DNA of 64,000 bases, from NCBI RefSeq assembly GCF_050320075.1, contig NZ_CP190018.1. One strand, written 5' to 3'. Each line of letters begins with the position of its first letter. The stretch's first letter is position 1. Below, in pieces: positions 13,203-26,650 of the stretch. The translations under genes and the position numbers were made by a program. This DNA comes from Escherichia coli (GTDB lineage: Bacteria; Pseudomonadota; Gammaproteobacteria; Enterobacterales; Enterobacteriaceae). Below the pieces are notes generated by a model. That model ran no database searches, had not been told where the DNA came from, and was given only the letters and a program-made list of their open reading frames with translations.

Positions 13203-13733
13203 TTAGCTCATCGCTTCGAGAACCACACCGTCTTGTTCCATCTGGTCGAGACGGGAGAGCAATTTGCGGGTGATTTGCTCGAGCTGATCTTTTTCTGTTG
13301 TGCTGAGCGCGGACCAGAGTTGATGCAGGCAGTTATGCTGCGGTGGTAAAACCTCGCGCAAAAACTCGTGACCTTTTTCCGTTAATTGCAGATGCAGGCA
13401 GCGGCGATCGTTATCGCTTTCACGACGTTCAATCCAACCGCGTTTTTCCAGTTCATCGGCAATACGCGTCGCGTTGGTACGGGATGATCCAAGAGCACAA
13501 CTCAATTCAGAAGGCTGAATACTGTGGTTTTCCTGAGACTCCAGCGTAATCAACGCCATAAACAACGTCTCGTTAATCCCCTGAGCCTTCAGCATTTTAT
13601 TGCGGTTCTCCAGCAGCTTGCTTTGCATGTGCATGCAAAGACGGGTCAGAAGGATCTCCTGATAAGGAAAATCTTCGTGGCGGCTGGCGCGAAATTTTAG
13701 CATTTGTTCAATGGGCGTAAACGAACTATCCAT
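13203..13733 (-). CDS. mprA: MarR-family repressor of emrAB (MprA/EmrR)
   Basis: 176-aa ORF upstream of emrA on the same strand. Confidence 0.93.
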
Positions 13734-13823
13734 TTGGGTATGACCTCATTAATTTCAGCCGATATAGTAACGACAGTGACAAATAAAGTAAATGTATTGT
13801 TTTAGAAAAATGATTCTTGTGGG

Positions 13824-14159
13824 TTATATAATCGCCATCACTTTCCAGGCGAGCCCGTAGGCCAGCGCACTAAGCAGTGTTGGGATGATAATGCTGCGTG
13901 TTTTATAGAAACTGGCACCCAGTACCGCGAAGCCGACCAGCGTGGGCACGAAACGGCGTGTATCGTGCATCACTTCTGGTGCGGTAGAGACAACCAGCAG
14001 AGCGCATATCGAGGCGATGCCAATGGTGTCGAGCAATATGCCTATCGCGCCACGTTTGGTTGGGCGGGCATTACCCACACGCAGGCGCAGCGGCAAATAG
14101 CGGAAGCAATAATTCGCCGCGCCAACCAGTAACCCAAGCAGCAGAACCTCATAGCTCAT
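13824..14159 (-). CDS. ygaH: AzlD-like small subunit of branched-chain amino acid (L-valine) exporter
   Basis: 111-aa hydrophobic ORF overlapping the ygaZ stop; synteny. Confidence 0.85.
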   Translation of the reverse strand: MSYEVLLLGLLVGAANYCFRYLPLRLRVGNARPTKRGAIGILLDTIGIASICALLVVSTAPEVMHDTRRFVPTLVGFAVLGASFYKTRSIIIPTLLSALAYGLAWKVMAII

Positions 14160-14886
14160 CGGGCGCTCCTTGCCAGAATGCCTGGATTAACGCAGTGAGG
14201 CAGCCACAGACAATGCCTGCCAGAATGGCGACGGGAATAGAAAATAGCGTTACGCCTGCAAGGGCACCAACTAACGCTGCGGTAACGCAAAGAGATTGTT
14301 TGCGCTGGAAAGAGGCGAGCAGGAAACTCATAAAGAGTGCCGGAAGCATAAAATCTAATGCTGCTTCAACGGCGGGATATCCTTGCAGCAAGCCGCTGCC
14401 GGAGAATGCCCCTATTACCGTACCAAATACCCACGATGACCATGAACTGAAGGCAATGCCGATCATCCAGTTCTCGCTCCAGCGGCGATTATTGCGTACC
14501 AGTTTTGCGGTTGCGGCGGCAAAAACCTCATCCGTCAGGCCAAATGCCCACAGGGCGGTTTTCGATTTTTGCAGACGCTGAATAATACGGCTACGCAGTG
14601 ACGGGCCATACAAAACATGGCGAACATCCATTGCCATGACGGTCAGTGCAGCAACCCACAAACTACTCCCGGCTGCCAGCATCGCGGTAATGACGAACTG
14701 GCTCGCGCCTGCATAAATGATGCAGGAGAAAAAAACGCTTTCGAGAGGAGAGAATCCCAGACGGGTCGCATTCAGACCGAACGCAAAGGCCACCGGAATA
14801 TAACTAATAACAATCGGTAAACTGTCTTTGCATCCTTCCATGAAGGTCGCCGAACCAGGAGCAGGCTGTGGAGTAGGGCTTTCCAT
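14149..14886 (-). CDS. ygaZ: AzlC-like large subunit of branched-chain amino acid (L-valine) exporter
   Basis: 245-aa membrane ORF; synteny. Confidence 0.85.
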   Translation of the reverse strand: MESPTPQPAPGSATFMEGCKDSLPIVISYIPVAFAFGLNATRLGFSPLESVFFSCIIYAGASQFVITAMLAAGSSLWVAALTVMAMDVRHVLYGPSLRSRIIQRLQKSKTALWAFGLTDEVFAAATAKLVRNNRRWSENWMIGIAFSSWSSWVFGTVIGAFSGSGLLQGYPAVEAALDFMLPALFMSFLLASFQRKQSLCVTAALVGALAGVTLFSIPVAILAGIVCGCLTALIQAFWQGAPDEL

Positions 14887-15009
14887 AGAGTGTACGCTTA
14901 ACGATTGTTAATATTATAAATAGACTGAATGAATATCTTAACCTTATCAGACTGATGGGCTTCTTAACACCCTTATAAGTGTAAAGCCACGAAAACGGTT
15001 GCTGATTGC

Positions 15010-16194
15010 TTAATTTGCAGCTTCCTGACGATGAAAACCTCGCCACCAGACCAGTAAGTTAACCAGGGCAATCGTCGCGCCAGCCAGACAAACGCCAGCC
15101 CAACCGCCATGTTGCCAGGCTGAGGCTGAAATTAGCGAACCGGCGGCACCGCCAATAAAGTAGCTGGTCATGTAACCTGCGGTCAGGCGATTACGCGCAT
15201 CAGGGTGTATTCGATAAATTACCGTCTGGTTAGTGATATGCACGCCCTGCACGGTGAGATCCAGCACCAGGATGCCGATAATCAAGGCCAGTACGGAAGT
15301 GTGGCCAAACCAGATCGCCAGCCATGAAAGTAATAGCAGCAGCAGACCGAAAGTAGTGGTGTGGTGCGATTTACCCTTATCGGCAAAACCGCCCACCGGA
15401 CGAGCACCCAACGCTCCGGCAGCTCCCGCAAGTCCAAACAGACCAATTACACCATCGCTGTAGTTAAAAGGTGGAGCGGCAAGCAAAAAGGCCATTGAGG
15501 TCCAGAGAATGCTGAAGTTGGCAAAGGTCAGGCAGCCCAGCAACGCGCGGGTGCGCAGAATTTTATCGCTGATAAACATGCTGAAAACGGAACCAAGCAA
15601 CTGTGGGTAGTTGAGGTGGGTTTCTGATTTCATTTGTGGCAGACCACGCCATAATGCCAGCGCCATCAGTGCCATTAACACCGAGGCAACCCAAAAGACG
15701 GTGCGCCAGCCGCCGAGGTTTGCCAGCAACCCGGCAACGGTTCGTGCCAGCAAGATCCCCAACAGCAGCCCGCTCATAATGGTGCCGACCACTTTGCCGC
15801 GTTTATCCGGTGAAGCCAGCGTCGCTGCCAGCGGAACCAGAATTTGTGCCACGACTGAGAATAAACCGGTTAATGCCGTACCGAGGATCATCATCGCCAG
15901 TGACTGACTGCTGGCAGTGATTAACATACCGCCCGCTGCCAGTAAGGTCATCGAGACAATCAGGCGGCGGCGTTCAAACATATCACCGAGGGGAACAAGA
16001 AACAGCAGACCTGCGGCATAGCCCAACTGCGCGGCGGTAACAATAAAGCCCGCCGAACTGGCGGAAAGGGAAAAGTTACGCGCAATGGTGTCGAGCAATG
16101 GCTGGGCGTAATAGTTGCTGGCGACCGCCAGACCGGTGGCGATAGACATCAGTACGATCAGTGCCGGGCTAAGCTCATGATTAGGTTTAGTCAT
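15010..16194 (-). CDS. ygaY: MFS transporter, apparently intact here
   Basis: 394-aa uninterrupted 12-TM-like ORF at the position of the split ygaX/ygaY locus of K-12. Confidence 0.8.
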   Translation of the reverse strand: MTKPNHELSPALIVLMSIATGLAVASNYYAQPLLDTIARNFSLSASSAGFIVTAAQLGYAAGLLFLVPLGDMFERRRLIVSMTLLAAGGMLITASSQSLAMMILGTALTGLFSVVAQILVPLAATLASPDKRGKVVGTIMSGLLLGILLARTVAGLLANLGGWRTVFWVASVLMALMALALWRGLPQMKSETHLNYPQLLGSVFSMFISDKILRTRALLGCLTFANFSILWTSMAFLLAAPPFNYSDGVIGLFGLAGAAGALGARPVGGFADKGKSHHTTTFGLLLLLLSWLAIWFGHTSVLALIIGILVLDLTVQGVHITNQTVIYRIHPDARNRLTAGYMTSYFIGGAAGSLISASAWQHGGWAGVCLAGATIALVNLLVWWRGFHRQEAAN

Positions 16195-16646
16195 TATTTT
16201 TGTTCATCAGGTGATGATTAAGCTGGAAATCAATAATAGCGGATGTTGATGAATATGGGGCGAAAGATAGATTGTTAAAATGTGCGGGTAATGGGGAGAG
16301 GGTATTTGAAGGTGAAATATGCCACTAAGGCAAATGTTACGTTCACTTCCAGATTATAGCTACTTTGTCACTATTTTGCTGGTGAACGTGCCAGGGTGGC
16401 TCAGTCGCCACCACCCTGGCGACCCAAACTTTTGGCACAAAATCGCCGCTACGCGGTACATTCGACTTATTTCTTACGGCTATCGGGTACGGGCGCGAGG
16501 TAACATCCCTGTAAGACGCGCCCTCGCCGCGCATCCCTGCGCGTCGCCCCGGCCTTCAGAAAACGTCTCATCGATTTTCAGCCGGATTAAAACCATCGCT
16601 GCAATTGTTTTACTCACATGAGCATTATCTGCGCGGTTATCAATAT

Positions 16647-17639
16647 TTACTTCTGCGCTGCCAGCGCCTCATTCACCCAGCCATCGAACTGCTGCTGGTG
16701 GGCTTTGATCCAGCCATCAACGTGGCCCTGAATATCGCCTTCTGAGGCTTTGCCGTCATGCATAATGGCGTTCTGGGCGTTAATATCTGCCACTGGTAAC
16801 TGCATAATGGCAAACAGTTTCGCTGCTGCCGGGTTTTTCTCGGCCCAGGCTTTGTTGGCAACGATATGCATGGTACTGACCGGGAAGCCGTAATTCGCGC
16901 CATTCGGCAGTTTGGTATCGGCATTTTTATCGCCCGGCAGTGCGGAGAACGGCACCTGCAACCAGACCACATCTTTCCCCGGTTTCAGTTCGTTACTCAC
17001 CCAGTACGGCGTCCAGGTGTAGTAAAACACCGGCTTACCCTCTTTGTAACGACTGATGGTGTCAGCCATCATCGCTGCGTAGTTCCCCTGATTATGCGTC
17101 ACGGTATTGGTCAGTCCATACGCGGCAAGCTGGTGGTTGATCGCACCTTCGCAGCCCCAGCCAGGGTTACAGCCAGTCAAATCCGCTTTACCGTCGCCGT
17201 TGGTATCGAACAGTTTGGCGATCTTCGGATCTTTCAGTTGCGCGATGTTGGTGATTTTGTACTGGTCGGCAGTTTTCTTATCGATCAGGTAACCCTGTGC
17301 CGCGCCGTTAACAAATACTCCTTCACGATAAAATTTCTTATCGCCACCGGCAGCTTCGTACATGTTGTCATGCAGCGGCGTCCAGTTCACGGCGGTGAAG
17401 GTTGCATCGCCGGAAGCAAGCGAGGTGTAGCCAACGTTGTAATCCACTTCGCTGGGTTTATTGACGGTATAACCTAATTTCTCCAGTGCACGACTGACCA
17501 GCAGCGTCTGGAAGGTTTCTTCAGTGATGGTGCTCTGAACTGGATTAACAGTAATGCCTTTGCCCGGCAGATCGGCAGCAAAAGTTTGTGTAGAGATAAG
17601 CGTGGCAAACGCTGTCGCAAAAAGTACGCTATGTCGCAT
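16647..17639 (-). CDS. proX: Glycine betaine/proline ABC transporter periplasmic binding protein
   Basis: Internal start [21 protein letters not shown] (signal peptide) gives 330 aa; track ORF extends 14 codons upstream. Confidence 0.93.
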   Translation of the reverse strand: MRHSVLFATAFATLISTQTFAADLPGKGITVNPVQSTITEETFQTLLVSRALEKLGYTVNKPSEVDYNVGYTSLASGDATFTAVNWTPLHDNMYEAAGGDKKFYREGVFVNGAAQGYLIDKKTADQYKITNIAQLKDPKIAKLFDTNGDGKADLTGCNPGWGCEGAINHQLAAYGLTNTVTHNQGNYAAMMADTISRYKEGKPVFYYTWTPYWVSNELKPGKDVVWLQVPFSALPGDKNADTKLPNGANYGFPVSTMHIVANKAWAEKNPAAAKLFAIMQLPVADINAQNAIMHDGKASEGDIQGHVDGWIKAHQQQFDGWVNEALAAQK

Positions 17640-17696
17640 TGTTATTCCTTTTTTTGGCAGGGTGATAATGCCCGGCGTCACCGGGCAAGTGCAGAG

Positions 17697-18761
17697 TTAC
17701 TTAATGAATGGGCGGGTCAGCAAACCAACAGGGCCAGTGGTGTACCAGCGACGGTTGCCGCGACTGCGTGAGTCGCGCCCAACGGCCTGCGTCAGGCGGT
17801 CGAGGATAATGGCGAGGATCACAATCCCGACGCCGCCAACGGTGGCAAGCCCCATATCCAGACGACCGATACCGCGAAGTACCATCTGACCCAGCCCGCC
17901 GACTGCAATCATCGAGGCGATGACCACCATAGAAAGGGCCAGCATCAGCGTCTGGTTAACGCCCGCCATAATGGTCGGCATCGCCAGCGGTAACTGAACT
18001 TTGAACAGCATCTGGCGCGGGCTGGCACCGAATGAGCGCGAGGCTTCAATCAGATCCGCCGGAACCTGGTTAATCCCCAGAATTGTCAGACGGATAATCG
18101 GCGGCAGAGCAAAGATGATCGTCACCACTACGCCCGGCACGTTACCGATACCAAACAGCATGACGATTGGTACCAGATAAACAAACGCTGGCGTGGTCTG
18201 CATGGCATCAAGCAGTGGACGAATAATTTTCGCCGCTCGTGGACTTCTCGCCAGCCAGATCCCCAACGGCAAACCGATGACGATACAGAACAGCAGGGCG
18301 GTTAGCACCAGCGCCAGAGTAACCATTGCCTGTGACCAGGCACCGATTGCGCCGATGGCAATCAGCGAAACCAGCGTCGCCACGCCCATTCCGACACCGG
18401 AAATTTGCCAGGCGATGAGAGCGAAAACGATAATCGCCACCGGAGCGGGCATACCCAGCAGCAATTGCTGGAAACCGTTGAGGATGTAATCAACCGGAAC
18501 GCGCACGCCCTGGAAGACGGGACGGAAATGGGTAACGACCCAGTCGATCCCTTCAGTGACCCAACTGTCGAGCGGGATCAGCGTTTTATGGAACGGATCG
18601 AGAATATTAAAATGCTCGACGTTTGGCGCTGGCGTACTGGTCAGCCAGTCAGCACCACCGCCGTCAGTCGGTGCAGTCGCCGGTGTACCCCAGGCGTCTG
18701 CGGACTGTGCGGCACTGTCCGCCGCTGGCGTGGTATCCCACGGATTATTTTGATCAGCCAT
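17697..18761 (-). CDS. proW: Glycine betaine/proline ABC transporter permease
   Basis: 354-aa membrane ORF; synteny in the proVWX operon. Confidence 0.95.
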   Translation of the reverse strand: MADQNNPWDTTPAADSAAQSADAWGTPATAPTDGGGADWLTSTPAPNVEHFNILDPFHKTLIPLDSWVTEGIDWVVTHFRPVFQGVRVPVDYILNGFQQLLLGMPAPVAIIVFALIAWQISGVGMGVATLVSLIAIGAIGAWSQAMVTLALVLTALLFCIVIGLPLGIWLARSPRAAKIIRPLLDAMQTTPAFVYLVPIVMLFGIGNVPGVVVTIIFALPPIIRLTILGINQVPADLIEASRSFGASPRQMLFKVQLPLAMPTIMAGVNQTLMLALSMVVIASMIAVGGLGQMVLRGIGRLDMGLATVGGVGIVILAIILDRLTQAVGRDSRSRGNRRWYTTGPVGLLTRPFIK

Positions 18762-19956
18762 TATTTACCCCCTCACGATCTAAAGCGCGCAGCAGCATTC
18801 CTTTCGAAATGATGCCGACATACTGTTGGTCCTCGTCGACCACGGGCACCGCACAGGGGGCCTGTCCGACATGAGAGAGCAACTCGCTAAGAGGCGTTTG
18901 TGCATCGACCGCTAACGGCGCATCAATCAGCGCCGCATCAAGACCTTGCTGCTGCGTTAACGCGGCTTTAAGCGAATCGATAGACACAGCGCCGACAAAC
19001 TTATTACCGCGTTCGATGACGTAGCCATATTCGCGATCTTCATCCTGCAATAATTTCAGTGCCGAACGCGGGCCGAAGCCGGGGGTTTTACGAATTAAGC
19101 CGTTCGGTGTACGACGGGCAATATCTTTCGCACTGAACACCTGGCTAATATCGACGCCACGGAAGAAGGTACGGACATAATCATTCGCCGGATTATTGAG
19201 AATTTCATCCGGTGTGCCGACCTGTACCACTTCACCATTTTGCATAATGGCAATTCGGTCGCCAATACGCATAGCTTCATCGAGATCGTGGGAAATAAAG
19301 ACAATGGTGCGCTGATGTTTCGCCTGTAATTTTACCAGCTCATCCTGCATCTCGGTGCGAATTAATGGATCGAGCGCCGAGAAGGCTTCGTCCATTAATA
19401 ATATATCCGGATTAATCGCTAACGCGCGGGCTAATCCCACACGTTGACGCATCCCGCCAGAGAGTTCATCCGGGTAGCTGTGGGCATAATTTTCCAGCCC
19501 GACCTGACGCAGTGCATCAAGGGCTTTTTCCCGGCGTTCTTCGGCATTAATTCCGGCCAATTCCATACCGAACGCAGTATTGTCCAGCACGGTCATATGC
19601 GGCATTAAGGCAAAGGACTGGAAGACCATCGCAATCTTTTTTCTGCGCACCTCACGGAGTTCGGCGTCGGATATTTTGGCAATATCCACACCATCAATCA
19701 GCACTTGCCCGCGGGTGGGTTCAATCAGGCGATTGAGAAGGCGTACCATTGTGGATTTACCCGAACCGGATAATCCCATGATGACAAATATCTCGCCTTC
19801 TTCAATGGCCAGACTGGCGTCTTTTACGCCAAGCGATAGCCCAGTTTTTTCCAGAATTTGTTCTTTTGAAAGTCCTTGTTCGATATATTTGAAAGCTCGC
19901 TGTGGATGCTCACCAAATATTTTATAAAGATTTTTAATTTCTAATTTAATTGCCAT
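18754..19956 (-). CDS. proV: Glycine betaine/proline ABC transporter ATPase with CBS domains
   Basis: 400-aa ORF, Walker [13 protein letters not shown] signature LSGGMRQRV. Confidence 0.96.
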   Translation of the reverse strand: MAIKLEIKNLYKIFGEHPQRAFKYIEQGLSKEQILEKTGLSLGVKDASLAIEEGEIFVIMGLSGSGKSTMVRLLNRLIEPTRGQVLIDGVDIAKISDAELREVRRKKIAMVFQSFALMPHMTVLDNTAFGMELAGINAEERREKALDALRQVGLENYAHSYPDELSGGMRQRVGLARALAINPDILLMDEAFSALDPLIRTEMQDELVKLQAKHQRTIVFISHDLDEAMRIGDRIAIMQNGEVVQVGTPDEILNNPANDYVRTFFRGVDISQVFSAKDIARRTPNGLIRKTPGFGPRSALKLLQDEDREYGYVIERGNKFVGAVSIDSLKAALTQQQGLDAALIDAPLAVDAQTPLSELLSHVGQAPCAVPVVDEDQQYVGIISKGMLLRALDREGVNNG

Positions 19957-20312
19957 GCAATAGAAAGATTCCTGTTATTTGTTTATGTCGATACATTACC
20001 CAATGGAAATAGTCACTTTTTTCTACCCTAACATACTGAGAATCTGAGGCAACCCCTGATGGCAAATGTGGCATGAATATTGATGTGAGCAAATCGCCGG
20101 AATTTCCCATGATATAAGGGCTGAGAGCAAATCGAGAAAAGTTGATATTTTTTGTCAAAGATAGCGAAAAAACGTCTGAATATTGTGGTTTCAGGCGAAT
20201 AATGCAACAGAGTGTCAGTGTAGATCACCACAAAATATTTGCGTGATAAAAAGCTATTTGGCGGAAATTATTTCCCTGCTGCGGGTAGTGATATTTTTGA
20301 AAAATAACACCC

Positions 20313-21281
<969 letters not shown>

Positions 21282-23426
21282 TTAAAGTGCACACGAGACG
21301 CAGCCTTCAATTTCAGTGCCTTCCAGCGCCATCTGACGCAGGCGGATGTAATAGAGCGTTTTGATACCTTTGCGCCAGGCGTAAATCTGCGCTTTGTTGA
21401 TATCGCGAGTGGTGGCGGTATCGGGGAAAAACAGCGTCAGCGACAGCCCCTGATCGACATGGCGAGTCGCTTCCGCGTAAGTGTCGATGATCTTTTCTGC
21501 GCCAATTTCGTAAGCGTCCTGATACAGCGCCAGATTCTCGTTAGTCATAAACGGGGCAGGGTAGTAAACGCGTCCTGTTTTGCCCTCTTTGCGTATCTCT
21601 ACTTTCGCCACAATCGGATGAATACTCGACGTAGCATGGTTGATATAAGAGATAGAACCGGTTGGCGGCACCGCCTGAAGATTCTGGTTGTAAATGCCGT
21701 AGCGCATCACGTCGTCGCGCAGCTGCGCCCACATCTCACGGGTAGGTAACGTAATACCGCTACGGGTAAACAGTTCGCCAACTTTCGCCGTTTTCGGCTG
21801 CCAGTTCCCTTGCAGATATTGGCTAAAATATTCACCACTGGCATAGCGTGACTGTTTGAACCCGGCGAAGGTTTCACCGCGTTCGCGCGCCAGCAACATC
21901 GAGGTACGCAGTGCGTGCCAGGTGATGGTATAGAAATAGAGATTGGTGAAATCCAGTGCTTCCGGCGACCCATAAGCGATGCCTTCTCGCGCCAGATAGC
22001 CGTGTAAATTCATCTGCCCCAGTCCGATGGCGTGTGAGGCGGCATTTCCGGCTTCGATGGACGGCACGCTGCGGATATGACTCATATCTGACACCGCCGT
22101 TAAACCGCGCACGGCAGTCTCTACCGTGCGGGCAAAGTCGGGGGAATCCATGGTGTGGGCAATATTCAACGAACCTAAATTGCAGGAAATATCATGGCCT
22201 GTGCGGGCATAGTCGAGATTCTCGTCATACTCTGAGGCGCTGTTAACCTGCAAAATTTCTGAGCAGAGATTGCTCATATTTATGCGCCCGGCGATAGGGT
22301 TAGCACGGTTAACCGTGTCTTCATACATGATGTAGGGATAGCCGGACTCAAACTGGATTTCTGCCAGTCGCTGGAAGAAATCACGGGCGTTGAGGTATTT
22401 TTTGCGAATGCGTTCATCGGCAACCAGTTCGTCATAGTGTTCGCTAATGGCGACATCGGCAAACGGCTTGCCATAAACTCGCTCTACGTCATAAGGCGAA
22501 AACAGCGCCATCTGCGCATTCTCTTTTGCCAGATGGAAAGTGATATCCGGGATCACCACGCCCAGCGACAGTGTTTTAATGCGGATTTTTTCGTCGGCAT
22601 TTTCCCGTTTTGTATCGAGAAAACGCAGAATATCGGGATGATGAGCATGTAAATAGACTGCACCTGCCCCCTGACGCGCGCCGAGCTGGTTGGCATAGGA
22701 AAATGCGTCTTCCAGCATTTTCATCACCGGAATCACGCCAGATGATTGATTTTCAATACGTTTAATTGGCGCGCCCGCTTCTCGCAGATTCGACAGCAAA
22801 AATGCTACGCCGCCGCCGCGTTTCGACAGTTGCAGTGCGGAATTTACCGCCCGGCCAATCGACTCCATATTGTCTTCAATACGCAGCAGAAAACAGGAAA
22901 CCAGTTCGCCGCGCTGCTGCTTACCGCAGTTGAGGAATGTCGGCGTGGCTGGCTGAAAGCGTCCTGACAGCATCTCATCGGTCAGTTGCGTCGCCAGTGT
23001 TTCATCGCCTTGTGCCAGCGTCAGCGCCACCATCGTGACTCGATCGGCAAAATCTTCCAGATAACGCTTACCGTCGAATGTCTTCAACGTATAGCTGGTG
23101 TAAAACTTCCATGCTCCGAGGTATGTCTGGAAACGAAAACCGCTGGCGTGCGCGTGGGCAAACAGCGTAATGACAAAATCGCGAGAGTAGCGATTAAGGA
23201 CGCTTTCATCATAGTAACCTTCGTTAACCAGCCAGTTCAGGCGCTGCTGCTGGCTACTGAAGGCCACACTGTTCGGACGCACATGCGTCGTTATAAAGGC
23301 GTCTACTGCCTGGCGATCTTTATCGAACTGAATGCGACCTGCGCTATCGTAAAGGTTAAGCATCGCATTCAGCGCGTGGTAATCCATCGTTTCCTGCGTC
23401 AGGCGTTCTGCGGGTGTCGTTGCCAA
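21282..23426 (-). CDS. nrdE: Class Ib ribonucleotide reductase alpha subunit
   Basis: 714-aa ORF; synteny. Confidence 0.96.
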   Translation of the reverse strand: MATTPAERLTQETMDYHALNAMLNLYDSAGRIQFDKDRQAVDAFITTHVRPNSVAFSSQQQRLNWLVNEGYYDESVLNRYSRDFVITLFAHAHASGFRFQTYLGAWKFYTSYTLKTFDGKRYLEDFADRVTMVALTLAQGDETLATQLTDEMLSGRFQPATPTFLNCGKQQRGELVSCFLLRIEDNMESIGRAVNSALQLSKRGGGVAFLLSNLREAGAPIKRIENQSSGVIPVMKMLEDAFSYANQLGARQGAGAVYLHAHHPDILRFLDTKRENADEKIRIKTLSLGVVIPDITFHLAKENAQMALFSPYDVERVYGKPFADVAISEHYDELVADERIRKKYLNARDFFQRLAEIQFESGYPYIMYEDTVNRANPIAGRINMSNLCSEILQVNSASEYDENLDYARTGHDISCNLGSLNIAHTMDSPDFARTVETAVRGLTAVSDMSHIRSVPSIEAGNAASHAIGLGQMNLHGYLAREGIAYGSPEALDFTNLYFYTITWHALRTSMLLARERGETFAGFKQSRYASGEYFSQYLQGNWQPKTAKVGELFTRSGITLPTREMWAQLRDDVMRYGIYNQNLQAVPPTGSISYINHATSSIHPIVAKVEIRKEGKTGRVYYPAPFMTNENLALYQDAYEIGAEKIIDTYAEATRHVDQGLSLTLFFPDTATTRDINKAQIYAWRKGIKTLYYIRLRQMALEGTEIEGCVSCAL

Positions 23427-23809
23427 AATTCGGTTACTCCTTTACGAACGTTTTCGATATCGCTTTGCGTACCCATGAGTTCAAAACGGTACAGCCACGG
23501 CACGCCGCATTTCTGAGCAATCACATCTCCGGCGCGGCCATACGCCTCACCAAAGTTGCGATTACCCGAAGCAATAACGCCGCGCAGCAACGCCCGGTTA
23601 TGCTCGTCGTTTAAAAAGCGAATGACCTGTCGTGGCACCGCGCCAGCCGTACCGCCGCCGCCGTAAGAGGGCACGATCAGGATGTAAGGCTCGTCTACCT
23701 GAATCCGTTCCCGCTCATTGAGCGGGATGCGCACCGCGGGCAGCCTTAAACGTTCGATAAAACGCTGCGTATTTTCGGAGCTGCTGGAAAAGTAGACGAG
23801 CTGGCTCAT
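23399..23809 (-). CDS. nrdI: Flavodoxin-like NrdI
   Basis: 136-aa ORF overlapping the nrdE start by 28 nt. Confidence 0.93.
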   Translation of the reverse strand: MSQLVYFSSSSENTQRFIERLRLPAVRIPLNERERIQVDEPYILIVPSYGGGGTAGAVPRQVIRFLNDEHNRALLRGVIASGNRNFGEAYGRAGDVIAQKCGVPWLYRFELMGTQSDIENVRKGVTEFWQRHPQNA

Positions 23810-24051
23810 GCACTGGCAGCGTGTGGCGCTGGATGCAGACGATTGATCATGTCCGGGCGGAAACCAGACCAGCTAAGATCGCCTGCAATCACAACCGGCA
23901 ACTGACGAAAGCCCTGAGCACGCAGCGCTTCTGCCGCTTCAGGAACGCGATCGACATTAATCATTTCAAAGTCAAAGCCCCGGTTTTCCATCGCCCGTTT
24001 GGTGGCGTGGCACTGAACGCAATCGTTACGAGTGTAAATAGTAATGCGCAT
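23806..24051 (-). CDS. nrdH: Glutaredoxin-like NrdH
   Basis: 81-aa ORF with CVQC redox motif. Confidence 0.93.
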   Translation of the reverse strand: MRITIYTRNDCVQCHATKRAMENRGFDFEMINVDRVPEAAEALRAQGFRQLPVVIAGDLSWSGFRPDMINRLHPAPHAASA

Positions 24052-24259
24052 TATTCGTATTTCCGTTTAAAATGAAGATACGGCGCGATGATACGCGTCG
24101 GGTTGTCTCTCTGTTGATACAGAGATACTAGATGTAGTTGAAAAAAGATTCAACCATACAAGATATGGGAATTTTAGATTGATTACGCCACCGATGAATG
24201 GCTCAACGGGGTAGGGGATTTTGTGTTTTTTTGCCGGGCGAATACCCGGCATCAAGAAG

Positions 24260-24691
24260 TTACATCCGCATGGAAACGGCCAGACGGTTAAAACAATTCA
24301 TCAGCCCGATGGCAAACGTTAAGTCGCTGATCTCTGCTGCGCTGAAATGCTCAAGCAAAGGCTGATAAACCTCGTCTTCCGCATGGGTTCTGGCAATTTC
24401 GGTTACCGATTCCGCCCATGCCAGCGCCGCCCGCTCGCGTTCATCAAAATGATGGCTTACGCGCCAACCTGCCAGGGCGTCCAGTTTGTGCTGTGGCACG
24501 CCGGATTTGCGCAATGCTTTGCTGTGCATCTCCAGACAAAATGCGCAGCCGTTGATTTGCGAGACGCGCAAATAAACTAACTCCATCAACGTGGTATCCA
24601 GCGTGCTATTTTCCAGTGCCGTTTTGGCCTGCACTAGTGCGTTATACACTGCCGGGCTAAGTTCGTAGTAAGGCTGACGTAATGTAGTCAT
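24260..24691 (-). CDS. Carboxymuconolactone decarboxylase / AhpD-like family protein
   Basis: 143-aa ORF with GCAFCLEMH (CxxCxxxH AhpD-type motif). Confidence 0.7.
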   Translation of the reverse strand: MTTLRQPYYELSPAVYNALVQAKTALENSTLDTTLMELVYLRVSQINGCAFCLEMHSKALRKSGVPQHKLDALAGWRVSHHFDERERAALAWAESVTEIARTHAEDEVYQPLLEHFSAAEISDLTFAIGLMNCFNRLAVSMRM

Positions 24692-24778
24692 ACAGTTTCT
24701 CCTCTTATTAACGCCCGCAATGTAGCACTATAATGGACTGCTAAAGAGAGCCATAAATTACCTAAAAAAGCAGACCAT

Positions 24779-26113
24779 ATGCCGCGCTATCAGGATATCG
24801 CCCGTCAGTTAAAAACGGCTATTGAGCAAGGGGAACTGAAACCCGGCGCAAGGCTGCCTTCAAGTCGTACCTGGTCGCAGGAGCTGGGGGTGTCTCGATC
24901 CACTGTCGAAAATGCGTATGCTGAGCTGGTGGCGCAAGGATGGCTGATCAGGCGGGGACAGGCTGGCACATTTGTCAGTGAGCGGATATATCCGCAACAA
25001 TCTACTGTACAAGTTGTAGCTTTTGCCGGTGAAAGTCAGCAACCGTTGCCATTTCAAATGGGATTACCCGCACTCGATCTCTTTCCGCGAGAGCTGTGGG
25101 CGCGGGTGATGGGGCGTCGCCTTCGTACCCAGACGCGCTTTGATTTGGCGTTAGGCGATGTCTGCGGTGAGGTGGCGTTGCGCGAGGCAATAGTTGATTA
25201 CTTACGCGTTTCACGTGGGATTGATTGTCAGCCAGAGCAGGTCTTTATCACTCACGGTTATGCGGCCTCAATAGCTTTAATTCTGCACGCGCTGGCGAAA
25301 CCGGGAAACGGGATGTGGATAGAAGATCCCGGCTTTCCACTGATTCGCCCGATTGTCACTCGCCATGATGTGGAAATTTTGCCTGTGCCGGTTGATGACA
25401 ATGGACTGGATATCACAAGCGGAATACAAAATTATCCTGATGCGCGTTTTGCCCTGATAACACCAGCACACCAAAGTCCGCTGGGTGTGGCGCTCTCTTT
25501 AGCGCGCAGGCATCAGATACTGGAATGGGCAGATCGTAGTCAGGCATGGATTATTGAAGATGATTATGACAGTGAGTTTCGCTATCACGGTAAGCCGTTA
25601 CCGGCGTTAAAAAGTCTCGACGCACCGCAGCGGGTAATTTATGCCGGAACATTCAGCAAAGCGCTATTTCCTGCATTGCGCTGTGCGTGGCTGGTGTTGC
25701 CAGTGAAGCAAATTGCACAATTCCGCCACCAGGCGTCACTGGCTCCATGTGCGGTACCTGTTCTATGGCAGAACACACTGGCAGACTTTCTTCGCGAGGG
25801 GCATTTCTGGCGGCATCTGAAGAAAATGCGTCAGCATTATGCCCAACGTCGGCAATGGATTGAGCAAGCGTTGACGCAGCAAGGATTTCAGGTTGTGCCG
25901 CAGAAAGGTGGTATCCAGATGGTGATCAGAATGATAGGCGATGATATTGCCCATGCGCGTAAAGCCAATGCTGCAGGCCTTGCGGTGCAGGCACTTAGCG
26001 ACTGGCGTATCCGTTCAAGTGGGGAAGGTGGATTACTGCTCTCGTTTACTAATATCGTTAACGAAGGTATGGCGCGACAGGTAGCACAACAATTACGTAA
26101 AGCCTTAAGCTAA
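24779..26113 (+). CDS. MocR/GntR-family PLP-dependent transcriptional regulator
   Basis: 444-aa ORF: N-terminal GntR-type HTH (ARLPSSRTWSQELGVSRSTVENAY) plus aminotransferase-like domain with GTFSK lysine motif; divergent from the AhpD-like gene. Confidence 0.75.
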   Translation: MPRYQDIARQLKTAIEQGELKPGARLPSSRTWSQELGVSRSTVENAYAELVAQGWLIRRGQAGTFVSERIYPQQSTVQVVAFAGESQQPLPFQMGLPALDLFPRELWARVMGRRLRTQTRFDLALGDVCGEVALREAIVDYLRVSRGIDCQPEQVFITHGYAASIALILHALAKPGNGMWIEDPGFPLIRPIVTRHDVEILPVPVDDNGLDITSGIQNYPDARFALITPAHQSPLGVALSLARRHQILEWADRSQAWIIEDDYDSEFRYHGKPLPALKSLDAPQRVIYAGTFSKALFPALRCAWLVLPVKQIAQFRHQASLAPCAVPVLWQNTLADFLREGHFWRHLKKMRQHYAQRRQWIEQALTQQGFQVVPQKGGIQMVIRMIGDDIAHARKANAAGLAVQALSDWRIRSSGEGGLLLSFTNIVNEGMARQVAQQLRKALS

Positions 26114-26145
26114 AAAACCCCGAAGCCAGGCTTCGGGGTCAAAGA
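26112..26145. terminator. Bidirectional terminator between the MocR-like gene and ygaM
   Basis: Hairpin CCCCGAAGCCAGGCTTCGGGG preceded by AAAAAA, which reads as a T-run on the minus strand. Confidence 0.65.
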
Positions 26146-26169
26146 CGCGTATTTATTATCATTATTGCA

Positions 26170-26499
26170 CTACGATTTGCGCATGCTTAACAGTGCGCCG
26201 ATAAAAATACCTACCGCAGCTGCTGTACCCACGCTACACCAGGGTCTTTCACGAACAAAAGAATCCGCGCAGCCAACGGCATCACGCGCGGCTTGCTGGA
26301 CGCGAGTACGACCATGCATTCGCGCCCTGGTTTCTTTCAGTAGAGCCTGCGCTTTACTGCGTGCGGCTTCGGCTTCCCCTTTGGCGTCGCTGCCCCAGGA
26401 CTTCAATACAGATTCGAGGCTGTCAGCTAATTGATTGACATCATTCTGGATATCCTGCACGCCATCATCAACGTCGTTGCGGTTCGGTCGGTTAAACAT
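26170..26499 (-). CDS. ygaM: ElaB/YqjD-family (DUF883) membrane-anchored protein
   Basis: ATG at 26499 has a GGGGGA Shine-Dalgarno and gives 109 aa MFNRPNRNDVDD..; the track ORF starts 4 codons earlier at 26511. Confidence 0.85.
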   Translation of the reverse strand: MFNRPNRNDVDDGVQDIQNDVNQLADSLESVLKSWGSDAKGEAEAARSKAQALLKETRARMHGRTRVQQAARDAVGCADSFVRERPWCSVGTAAAVGIFIGALLSMRKS

Positions 26500-26650
26500 A
26501 TGATCCCCCATTAGAATTCGATGTAATTTTCAGTGTAGACCATAATTTTCTTAACTGAGGTTCATCGCGGCTTTATGGACTTTTCTGAAAGCGTTGTGAA
26601 TGCGCAATCAGGTAAGGTAGGCCCGCGGTTGATAATAACGAGGATCAAAT

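Noticed and set aside
24052-24259. Possible NrdR or Fur boxes upstream of nrdH
   Set aside because: They are expected there from known regulation, but I could not confidently match a consensus by eye, so no coordinates are given.
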